Shown: positions 53,471 through 64,000 of the stretch, one piece after another
Layout: each line of letters starts with the position of its first letter
Numbering within the stretch: the first letter of the stretch is position 1
Assembly: GCF_009914755.1 (NCBI RefSeq)
Contig: NC_060930.1
Source: the human T2T-CHM13v2.0 reference genome, Homo sapiens
Reading direction: 5' to 3' (one strand)
DNA length: 64,000 nt
Program-made: the position numbers and the translations under genes
The notes under the pieces: model-generated
Database searches by the model: none
The model's input: the letters and a program-made list of their open reading frames with translations, nothing else
What the model was told of the DNA's origin: nothing

Positions 53471-54423
53471 GCAGTAAAGTCGCTTCTCCCACCTCCCCTT
53501 GTTGGTGCCTAAGGAGCTCCAGCTTCCAGAAGGCCTCTTAGATCTCCAGATAAATGACACTGGCAATATCAGGCCCTTCATGGATACCCAGCCCCCGTTC
53601 CCTGGCACAGAGGCCATTGTAGCACCTTTATACAGTGCTACCACCCCAACAGTCCTAAGAGGCCCAGTAGAACGAGGATGTTGATTTCAAAGGATTCTTG
53701 AGAACTCCTCCAGACCACATGGCTGGCAAACGGTGGGAAAACCACACAGCCTCGGTCAGAAGGTTCACGTCTTTCTGGGTCACTGGGATCAGCTATTTTT
53801 ATAAAAGATTTCTGGAGGAGGAAATTAAAACCAGTGTGTCATTTTCTCAAGCTGGAGGGCAATGCCCAATTATTGCTGTTATTATAGTTATTGCCAGTTG
53901 TAAATTACACAATGAGACTTTTAGCACAGTGCTTTCCAGAGAGTGCGTCCTGAACTGCTGCCAGTTGGTGAGTGGTTTACAATTGGTCCATGGTGAGGTA
54001 AGCTCATAAATGGAGAGTAGGTATTCAGAAAGTTTTAAAGAAATGTGACATTGTCATGAGACCAATGGTATAAACTAGTCTCACAGAACAGGGCTCAGAC
54101 CAGCCTGAGTGTTGTAGACTCACATGGTGAGTTGCAGGAGGCAGAGGCCACACATTAATGTTGCGCTCTAGGACCACGCCCTTCTTCACAATGAACTGCA
54201 AAACAGCAAAATTAGTCCTTCACTACAGATGCCCTTAGGCAGGAGCCTTCAGAATCATTCCAACTTTTGCAGATCTGAGAATGACTGCTCACAGCCAGGT
54301 GAGAGTAGAGCTGGAATTACCATTTCATTTTACACCTGGTTCCTCAGCCACTATTTCGAGTGGCTCAAACTCACAAGGTATTGAAAGCTGAAACCAAATA
54401 CTGGAGGAAAAGGTGATTAGAGA

Positions 54424-54691
54424 TTTTATTTTTATTTTTATTTTTTTTTGAGATAGAGTCTCACTTTGTCACCCAGGCTGGAGTGCAGTGCAGTGGCACA
54501 ATCACAGCTCACCGAAGCCTCATTTTCCCGGGTACCGCCCTGCCCAGATAATAAAAACAATCTTTTTTTTTTAGTAGAAGTGAGGTCTTGCTATGTTGCC
54601 CAGGCTGTACTTGAACTGCTGAGCTCAAGTGATCCTCCCACATTGGCCTCCCAAAGTGCTAGGATTACATGTGTGAGCCACTGCATCTGGC
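54424..54691 (-). repeat. Degraded AluJ
   Basis: Alu motifs with an internal deletion. Confidence 0.8.
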
Positions 54692-55449
54692 TGAGATTCT
54701 GCTCATGAGTAGGGCCCTGGAGGAATTGGTGACTATTGTCCTTTTGTTTACTATGGAAACATAGTAAAACCCACAGGAGCATCTTGGTAGACAGCAAAAG
54801 TGTGACTTCCTGTGATTTAAAATCACCACCACCCCCAGATTGGATCTATATTGGGGAGAGAGGAAACAGATCTATATTTTTGTATATTTGTATTGTAGAC
54901 TTAAGAAATGTGTGCAGCTACAAGTGAAGATGGTCTCACTTATTCACTAATTTGGGGGCACCTGCTATGTGCTAAACATCATTCTTCTTCCTAAAAATAT
55001 AACCCAATTAGCTGCATTCTGGTCTTCAGGAGTTTGCAATCTAATGGGAGGGACAGATGACAGCCTCCTTCTGTCCACTAGGTACTACTATTTGTCTCAC
55101 ACCGTTTTAGGAAGTGGAGATACTGAGGTGAACACTGACATCCTGTCCTCATGAAATTTGCCTTCTGTCGGGAGAGTAAGACAATGAACAAAGGCATATA
55201 TAGTTTCCAAGCTGTCATAAGAGCGAGAAAGAGAAATAAAGAGGGCAGGAACATAGAGGGTGCAGGGAGAAGATCTGTGGAGGGAACATTTGAGCAGAGA
55301 CCAGATCCCACACAGGTTTGGTGGGTGATATGATAGAGCCAGGGGTGGTGGCCAATAAGAAGCATGAGGGGGACACCTCCCTAAAACTAGGGACGTCAGG
55401 GAGAGCTTTGTCAGGGAGGTAAGGAGCACGTTCAGCCTGGGCAGATGGG

Positions 55450-55798
55450 TGTCTTAGTCCCTTTGTGCTGCTATAAGAAAATACCACAAACTGGGTGATT
55501 TGTGAAGAACAGACATTTATTTCCTTATGGTTCTGGAGGTTGGGAAGTCCAATGTCAAGGTGCTGGCATTTTCTGTCTTGTGAGGGCCTTCTCGCTGTGT
55601 CCTCATGAGGCAGAAAGGATGAAAGGGCAAAAGGGGAGAGGCAGCTCCTTTGTGCCTCTTTAACAAGGGCACCAATCCACTTATGAGGACTCTGTCCTCA
55701 TGGCTTAGTCAACTCCTAAAGGCCTCTCTCTTAGTACGATCACATTGGTGATTAGGTTTCTACAGATGAATTTTGGGAGATACATTCAGATCATAGCA
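55450..55798 (-). mobile_element. MSTD/MLT1A-like MaLR LTR inserted in L2-like sequence
   Basis: TGTCTTAGTCC...CAGATCATAGCA; TSD ATGGG/ATGGT. Confidence 0.85.
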
Positions 55799-56565
55799 AT
55801 GGTAATTTCCACTTGAGTTGCTTTAAATTTGAGGTGACTGCAGTCATCTAGGTGTTGGTGCCCCTGAGTAAGCAGTTGGACATAGGTGTTTACCTCCCAT
55901 TTATTGGGGCTTGTTGATAGGAGCAATAATGAATTTGCTGCATAGAGAGTTGGAGCAGGACCCCCATGGAGATGGTTTCTGCTGTTCTCTTCCCATTCCT
56001 GAAGTCACGGTGTGTCCTTGGCCATAATTCCTTTGGGAAATTGCTGGAACCATGGTGAGCCAGTCCTCCCTTCTGTGTTTTTGGTCCCTCTGCAGATAAC
56101 AGCAGGCATTGTCCTAGGTGCTTTATTCCAGTAACTCACTCAGCCCTCCCACACACACGCACACACAAGCACCACTGATCATGCTGCAGATGGAGAAGTG
56201 GAGGTACAGAGAGATTCAGTAACTTGCCAAGGTCACCCCGTACTTCAGTGGCAGAGAGTGAATTTGATCCAGGCAGCTGAGATCTGGGTTTGTGCTGGTG
56301 ACCACAATACACTTGTTCTCAAGCTGGAGGCTCTCCCAGTTGCTGTCTTCTCATCTTCACCCTCTGGGCACTCTGGAGGGCATTTCCTAAGGGAGGCTGG
56401 AGGCCCAGCCAAGGTGCCTCTTAATGTCAAGAATATGCTTTCTCTTTGGTTCTTCTGTGGCACCTCCAGGAGGTCACACACGTGCCCTTGGTCAGCCATT
56501 TGGGGTCAAAGTTCTTCACCAGAACTCTGAAAAACTTAATAATGGTACATTGAGAATGCCTGGGG

Positions 56566-56890
56566 TGCTGGGCATGGAGGCTCACACCTGTAATTCCAGC
56601 ACTTGGGAGGCCGAGGTAGGAGAATTGCTTGAGTCCAGAAGTTCCAGACCAGCCTGGGCATTATAGGGAGACCCTATCTCTACTAAAAGCAAAAAGCAAA
56701 AACTACAAAACAAAAAATTTAGCCAGGCATTGTGGCCTGCATCTTCTAGCACTTTGGGAGGCTGGGAGGTGGAGGATCACTTTAGCCTGGGAGTTAGAGG
56801 CTGCAGTGGGCTATGATCAAGCCACTGTACTCCAGATTAGGTGACAAAGCAAGACCCTGTCTCAAAAAAAAAAAAAAATTAAAAAGAAAA
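56566..56890 (+). repeat. AluJ
   Basis: Diverged dimeric Alu with A tail. Confidence 0.85.
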
Positions 56891-57144
56891 AAACCCAGAA
56901 TGTCAAACGTATCAATAACCACCCTGGAGTGTGCCATTAAGATGAAGGAGAACCAGGATTCATGTTCATAGGTGCACTGATGGCTGCCAGCAGTGGTTTG
57001 AACAGTGGGCTTTTTGCAAGAATGAGTTGCAATCCTTTAGTGGGTTAGGACTAACTTTAGTATGCTGGGACCAGCATTCTTTAAACATAAAGACACAGAG
57101 TAGATTGAGTAGGAAGTGTCAGAGTGTATCACATGAAATATGGG

Positions 57145-57509
57145 TGATATGGTTTGGCTTTGTGCCCCACCCAAATCTCATCTTGAATTGTAATCCTTGG
57201 GTGTTGAGGGAGGAACCTGGTGGGAGGTGATTGGTACGTGGGGGTGGTTCACCCCATGCTGTTCTTGTGATAGTGATTGAGTTCTCACAAGATCTGATGG
57301 TTTTATAAGTGTTTGGCAAGTTCCTCCTTCTCTCATTCTCTCTCCTGCTGCCTTGTGAAGAAGGTGCCTGCTTCCCCTTCTGCCACGATTGTAAGTTTCC
57401 TGAGGCCTCCCCAGTTATGCGGAACTGTGAGTCAGTTAAACCCATTTCCTTTACAAATTACCCAGTCTCAGGTAGTATCTTTACAGCAGTGTGAGAACAG
57501 ACTAATACA
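57145..57509 (+). mobile_element. THE1(D-like) MaLR LTR
   Basis: TGATATGGTTTGGC...ACTAATACA; perfect TSD ATGGG. Confidence 0.92.
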
Positions 57510-57617
57510 ATGGGTAAGTGTATGTGTGTGGATATATATATGGGTCATGACATAAAATGTATTTATTGTGGTTTGTAGTTAAAAAAATGTTTGAAAAACA
57601 TTGGGCTTGAGTACTAT

Positions 57618-57683
57618 TTACTGTGCTGGCCACCCAGCACAGTAACATTACTGTACTGTAATTACAGTACAGTAATTACTGTA
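57618..57683. repeat. Cluster of perfect inverted repeats
   Basis: 12-bp stem with 4-nt loop, a 30-bp palindrome and an overlapping 16-bp palindrome. Confidence 0.9.
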
Positions 57684-60600
57684 ATGTTTTGTTTTCTCAT
57701 GAATTGCTGTAGCTATGTACTGATATACTTTAAATATAAAGATAATTGTGGAGTGCATTGGCACTGTATGTGGTATGCTGCAGATCTAAAGCTCTGGCCG
57801 TAGATCTGCTTGAGGTAATGATTTGAGGGGTCTGTGGCAGGTAGGTGGGAGTCAAAGCTGCAGGAAGTTGGAGCTCTAGCAAAAGCACCTGGGGAGGCTG
57901 TGAATGAGTAAGGAAAGAGCCCAGGGCAGAACTTGGGAACCACCTACCTTGAGGGCAGGGGTGTAGGAAAAAGAGCCCACAAAAAACACTCACTGTAATG
58001 CAATAGATAAAGAGGTAGGAGGAAAATCAGGAGGGTGTTGGTACCTGGAGCCAAGACAGGAGAGAGTTTGAATAGTGAGGAAAGGTTCAAGATTGTTAAA
58101 TGTGGCAGAAGGTCAAGTTATATAAGCGCTGAAACGCGCACCTGTGCTTGAGCAACACAGAGCTGGCTGGTGACCTCAGTGAGGGCGCAGGGCTCCACGA
58201 TGAGATGGGAAGACCTAGAGACGTGGGGGAAGGGACACTTCCTCCAGAATGTTTGGTGGTAAAAGCGAGGAGCACAAGAGGCCATTGGCTAGAAGGGAGG
58301 ATAATTTGCTCCTCTAGAAACAAATTTGAACCTAGTTTTTCAGAAGGAGACAATATACCCCACATGTTAGGCTTACTGAAATGGGCAGAGGTATGTAATT
58401 TTTGTTTAAAGGGATGGACAAAGCTATGGTTTTTTTTTCACCCATTTTTCATCATGTCTGAACAGTGAGGTGAGAACTTACGTTAGTTTTTGAGACAAAA
58501 TTTTAGACTTGCAACAATGATTGCTGTTGCTTTTTTTTTTTTTAATGCAAGCAACGGCCAAATTATTTTGGAATTACGATCCTAAATTGATCCCAGCCTG
58601 ATACAATCAAAGGTCCAGAATTAGAAGGAGAAAAAGTGGAGAGTGAAACAGTAGCCAAAAGAAAAACTTCACTGATATACTGTCAACAGCTGTGCTGTTA
58701 TCACTCTGTAAAGAACAATGAAATATTGGAATGAAAATGGAAAATGCTGTGGGTAACCAATGGAATCCTGAAAGACAGATTAAGTTTCTTCAACATTTAT
58801 AATGAAAACCAGACTGAAAATAATTTTTAATTTGTCTTTTTGCTTCATCAAATCTTGGAGAGGATTCGGATATAGGCATCTTATCATTTGACATTTATTA
58901 CTCAAGATAAGAAGATTATGTTCAGGTTTGTGGGTCTCCAGGATGCAATTATAACATTGTCAAAGTAGATTACCAGGTGTTGCATAATTATTGTGCCATT
59001 TAAGGAAATTTGCATCTGAGTATAAACATGTGTATTTAATTATTTTCCTGGGGGGTGACAAAAGTTCCAGGACTCCTGATTAAGTCATCCATCCTGTCTA
59101 ACAACCTTTGGGCATAAAGATCATATTCAGAGATAAAGGACCTATATAATTCCTAAACAAACAAACAAAAAACTTTGTCCAATTTGGGAAGCAAGTAAAA
59201 CATAACCAAGCTAAGAAAACACAAAACTACGAAGAAAAAGATTCAAATGAAACATCCTTAGGCTGCCCTCTCATAGCAGGGAGTAATTGCCTTCAGGTAA
59301 AAGTTGATTCCGGACCATTCAATTCACTGAAAGCTATTCACTGTCTTAGATTAACCAGCACCTAAAAACACTTGACTAAATAGGCTAGAAATAAAAATGT
59401 TTTCCTTGAATAAATGTATATATTATTGGTTTTGTAGATGAGAAATACCACTGGTTTTGCCGAATTTAAATAGTCAGCTATGTAAAGGGTCTCTGGACTA
59501 GGAAAAATTCCTTTATTCCTAAATATTTTGGCTTCAATATTTGAAATCTGCAAAAGCAGTATTTCTATCTGTCAAAATGAGGCCATTAAGTTTTGATTAT
59601 TCAAACCTGGAATGAAGTGTGTGTGTCTGGGGGTAGAGGAGATGATATGGACTTCACTTTGAATATAAATTACGTACTGGGTGGAGCAAATGGATTTAAA
59701 GAAAGAGGAACCCTGGTTCAATTCTATTTGCCAGTCAAGGTGACTCACTTGAACATCTGAAGGCCAGCGTACCTGTGGAAAGAGACTATTTCCTGGATTT
59801 TCTTCTGTGAGTCAAGATGCTTAAAACCCATGTCTTTTAGTATCTGTCATTTTGGAGTTGTAAGGGAAAATTGAGTTTTAAGCATAAAGGAAAAAGCATC
59901 TTATGCTGTGAGAAAAAAATTGACATCAGAATTTCTCAGAAAGAACTTAGTGAATTTTTTAAAATTATTTGACGTTATCCTTGAATGACTGATTTCGTTG
60001 TCCAAAGACTTAAAGAAAGGAGTTGGAATTCCCCAGACTTTGCCAAACTGTGGGATGGCACAATAGGTATTGTCAGGTCCCAGGGCCAGAATGAGGTAGA
60101 GATTTTATGTAGTTTCTCCTTTGTTAATAACATTTAAGCTGTTTTCGTTCTGATTTGCATTCTCCTGATTAGTGCAGTTGGTCAAAGCTGGTGCTAGCGG
60201 ACTTGGCCAGATGTCTGGAGCCATATAAGCTGATTCTGTGTGGGAGATGCTGGGGCTGGTTCCTGCCCTCCTTTCCCTTCCTCCTTGCAGACAGAGTTCC
60301 ATTTTGAGGTGGTCACTCTCTTGGCTGTGTGTTCGGGGTTTACAGTGACCCACCCTAAAGGCAGAGGGGCAGAGGTGGTGCAGAGACTGGTCATCGGTCT
60401 CTAGGGGCAATCAAGGTAATTCATCTCCCTTGTCCCTGATAGGCTCGGTGCAAAACCCATCTTCTAAAGGGCAGCTGGCCTCTTCTAGCGGGGCAGAGAT
60501 CGTTCAGCTTTGACCCCTTTGTAATTATGGCAGGAGTCCAGGGCCCCACACCAGCCACCCTATTTCAATCTCCGCAGATCCTTCCCCTTCACATTGTGAG

Positions 60601-60972
60601 GCTTGACATGTCCCTGTGAAGAGCCGCAGGCATGGAACACTTTGGGAAAATCCCTATTCAGGCTCTCACTGGAAAACCCCAGACTGAGGGTACAAAGGCA
60701 ATGGATCCTAAGCCTGGGTAGAGCAGAGCTGGGCGCTGGTGGATCGCAGAGCCTGAAGCGCCAGGAGAAACCTGCTGGTTACTTTTATTTTGTCTTTGTA
60801 GTGTCAGTCTAGAACCCCACACAGGATCTTCTCCATCATAGGAAAGTGTTCCGAGGAATTTGACTTGGTATCTATTTTATCTCTGAGAAACTTCTTTGAG
60901 TAGCTGCCAGTAACCTTTAGGGCTCTTTTATTTAAAAACAACAACAACAACAAACAAACAAAAAAAGTTCAT

Positions 60973-61271
60973 GGCCAGGCGCGGTGGCTCACACCTGTAA
61001 TCCCAGCACTTTGGGAGGCCCAGGCGGGCGGATCATGAGGTCAGGAGTTCGAGACCAGAATGACCAACATGGTGAAACCCTGTCTCTACTAAAAATACAA
61101 AAATTAGCTTGGTGTGGTGGCGAAAGCCTGTAATCCCAGCTCTTCAGGAGGGTGAGGCAGGAGAATCGCTTGAACCCCGAAGTCAGAGGTTGCAGTGAGC
61201 CGAGATCTCGCCACTGCTCCCCAGCCTGGGCAACAGAGAGACTCCGTCTCAAAAAACAAAACAAAACAAAA
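60973..61271 (+). repeat. AluS(g-like)
   Basis: Dimeric Alu with (AAAAC)n tail. Confidence 0.9.
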
Positions 61272-62429
61272 CCGTTACTAAAAGCCGCTTACTTGTATTC
61301 ATTCGGACGTCTCTGTGGTTTCTATCAGTTCCTGAACAGGAATGTATTGTTGTGTACAAGAAGAATATGTTAGTGTCTCCCTAATTTTACACATGCAGTT
61401 TTCTGTTTACAACTTCCCTCCCCACCTTATTGTCCTAACCCTTCTGAGAAGCTCCTTCATGTGTAACTACTAGGCTGTGATGTTTTGCAGTAGAGTCAGG
61501 CAGTGCTGTTGCCCTCCTGGGTGGAAGGGGCTGTTTGGAATGGGATGGAGAGAAAGCTGGCAGTGCACGGGACGCAACACTAGAAATGTGAAACCAGGAC
61601 CCTGTCGCCGACCCTCTTAGAGAAATGTTTACTGTCTGGATGCCCCCAGACGCCTTGCCTGAGCGCCGTCACGCTTTCTGCCCTTTGGATACGAAGATAT
61701 CCGAATGCTGTGCCCATGATTAAGCAGACGCTTAGTAAGGAAAGAAAACATTGGTCTGGAAATAATTTCTCAAGCGCCGTGACTGCCTTATTGCACAAAC
61801 ATCGCCTCTTCGATGTTTCTCACAATCCAGAGAGGAAGTGGCATCCATCGTGGCATGAATAGGAATGTGTGTTTGGAGCCGTGGGGCGGGGCTGGAGGGG
61901 AGGGGACGCTACCCAGCCAACAGAGGAGACGGTGGGGCTAGGAAAACCTCCTGGGGGAGCCTGCGGCGCGGTCCTTTCCTGTGTCCCCTTCGCTGCGGGT
62001 CCTGCCCGGGGCCGCGCCAGGTGGAGGCCCCGAGAGGCGGCGCGTTTCCTGCGCTCCGGGATTGCGGGAGAAGCGTGAGTCCCTGTCTCCGAGACTAGAG
62101 GCCACGGACACCCGCGCAGGAGCATCCCCTGGCACCCCGCCCCACGCCCGTCCTTCCGGAGTCTACACATCGGCGACCTCCCGTGTCTAGGCGCACACAT
62201 TTCCCGCCCCGCGGAGACTCCCACGCCCCGGGCCCTCTCTGCCGCAGGCGCCAGATCCCGCCTCTGGGGGCTGGACCGAGAGGGTCCTCGGCGGCTTCTT
62301 TAAGGCTGCGGTCCCCGCCCCGTCGTCCTCCCCGCCCTCCTCCCTCTCGCCGCGGCTCCTCCCGCCCTCCCAGAGCAGCCGGGCGGCTGGGCGCGCGCGG
62401 CGCAGAGCAGGTGCCGGGGAGCCCTTCGC

Positions 62430-62456
62430 ATGCGGCTGCCGGGCCGGAGGTGGTAG
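62430..62456 (+). other. Short upstream ORF (MRLPGRRW*) in the putative 5'UTR
   Basis: ATG CGG CTG CCG GGC CGG AGG TGG TAG, ending 64 nt before the main ATG, in weak Kozak context (cgcATGc). Confidence 0.55.
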
Positions 62457-62520
62457 CGGCGCCGGGCGCGCTCCGCCCGCCCCTCCTCCGGGCCGCACTG
62501 AGGCTCGGGCGCGCGGGGAC

Positions 62521-62826
62521 ATGTCGGTGGCGACGGGCAGCAGCGAGACGGCCGGCGGGGCCAGCGGCGGCGGCGCACGGGTTTTCTTCCAAAGCCCCCG
62601 GGGTGGCGCCGGTGGCAGCCCCGGCTCCAGCAGCGGCTCAGGCTCCTCCCGGGAGGACTCGGCGCCCGTGGCCACGGCGGCCGCTGCAGGGCAGGTTCAG
62701 CAGCAACAGCAGCGGCGACACCAGCAGGGAAAAGTGACAGTGAAATACGATCGTAAGGAGCTTCGGAAGCGGCTGGTGCTGGAGGAATGGATCGTGGAGC
62801 AGCTGGGTCAGCTCTACGGCTGCGAG
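62521..62826 (+). CDS. PPP1R14C: PPP1R14C (KEPI) coding exon 1, codons 1-102; the gene continues beyond the window
   Basis: Translates to MSVATGSSETAGGASGGGARVFFQSP...QGKVTVKYDRKELRKRLVLEEWIVEQLGQLYGCE. It has the CPI-17/PHI family motif (K/R)VTVKYDR with Thr73 and an N-terminal RVFF (RVxF) motif. It ends at a phase-0 GAG|GT donor (GT at 62827) and lies in a CpG island. Confidence 0.96.
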
Positions 62827-64000
62827 GTACCTGGGCGCGGGGCTGGGAGGGTCGGGGACCTCTCTAGCTCCTCTGTGCCCGCGCAGTAATTTTCCCGGGC
62901 TCCAGCTCCGGGGCGCGCATGTCCCTGACTCCCGGGGACCAAGTGCCAGGAGCGAGGCGCGGCGCCTTCTCTCCCCCGCGGTGCCCTCTGGCGTCGGGCT
63001 CAGCGGTTGGGACGCCCCTGTCTGGGTTCGGCTGCCGGTGCCCGGGGATCTGCGGGCCCCCTTGGTGGCCGTGGGGAGGGTTGGGTCCCGCGGAGCACAG
63101 TGCTTTTCTCCGAGCTCCGGGCGCCTCTGGGCTCCAGCTGCAGCTGCGCAAAGCGGGGCTCGGAGGGGCTCACTCCAGCTGCGCCTCAGCAGCGGTTGGG
63201 GATACAGCAGCCAAAGAGAGCAGCGCTCACTGCTGGGATCCGGGCAGCCCTGATTTTTGTGGAGAACGAGCAGGGAAGGAAGGAAGCTGCCTCGTGGAAA
63301 GGAGAGGTTCTGGGGATCTCAGAGGCCCCCTTGGTTCTTGAAATTCCCCGTGAAAATCCTGAGATGGAACGCTTTCCGCTTTCCAGCCAGCCCCGACGGT
63401 GTCTCCATAATTCCGCCCTGCATTATCAGAGCTGCACACGTTGTGCTTTGTTGAAGCCGTAGTTTTTCCTCTCTAAGCTCAGTTACTCCCATTGATGGGC
63501 GCAGAATGAGCATCTGGGGCAACCTCGACGGGTGCCTCGGTGGAAGGGCGGGAGCCCTGCGGGGGGCCTGCGGGATCCCGGGATCTGTCAGCTTCAGGCT
63601 CCCAGCTCCCCTCTCCTCCACGACATCGTGACTTCCCAAGGTCCAGGGACTAAGGTCATACACAAGTCTCAGGGACGTGTATACATTTGATTTAGGGAGA
63701 AATATGTAGAATAAACTGCAGCAAAACGACTGAAGCCAAAATGATCTCTCATGAGCATCTTGAATAACAGTTATTAATTCTAAATGAAGTGACCTCCTCT
63801 TAAGGGAGTGGAGTTTGGAAAGGGTGGAAGCATGAAGGGGTTAATAATTAAGAATGTGGCTTCTAAGCTAAAGCTAGGTTTGTGTTCATTCAACTGTTGT
63901 GCTCTTCAACAGAGATGACAACCAGATGAACTCACAGGCTTTACCACTAATGTCGGGTGTTCTGTATTTGACACATTTCATGGCCTGTTGTGAAGACACG

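Larger units (their letters stand above)
61600..63650. promoter_or_regulatory. PPP1R14C: CpG island / PPP1R14C promoter, 5'UTR and start of intron 1
   Basis: Abrupt rise in GC and CpG density. GC boxes GGGGCGGGGC at 61883-61892 and CCCCGCCCC at about 62135 and 62313. No canonical TATA; the TSS is inferred near 62350-62400. Confidence 0.9.

Noticed and set aside
62692-62727. Poly-Q / CAG tract in exon 1
   Set aside because: Short and interrupted (CAA, GTT); not expansion-prone.
61820-63663. Long overlapping ORFs on both strands around exon 1
   Set aside because: Stop-codon scarcity in a GC-rich island; only the 62521 frame matches a known family.

Overview
Primate (almost certainly human) genomic DNA, not prokaryotic. 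About 61 kb of repeat-dense intergenic sequence is followed by the CpG-island promoter, 5'UTR, first coding exon (62521-62826, +) and start of intron 1 of PPP1R14C (KEPI, a CPI-17-family PP1 inhibitor). Repeats include roughly 45 Alu copies or fragments, two old L1M regions, many MaLR LTRs, a solo LTR12 (ERV9), a MER34-like LTR, Tigger/MER44 DNA transposons and a doubly deleted 2.8-kb MER48/HERVH48-type provirus. Nearly all ORFs in the supplied track are spurious. I see no new multi-gene system. The most unusual observation is an inverted, A-tailed, TSD-flanked copy (11404-11918) of an AluY plus about 210 bp of its upstream flank, whose apparent donor lies 22 kb away in this window (33423-33939); this looks like a local 5' transduction or RNA-templated insertion. 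Repeat subfamily names are from memory of consensus sequences, divergence counts are by eye, and boundaries are approximate unless a TSD is quoted.
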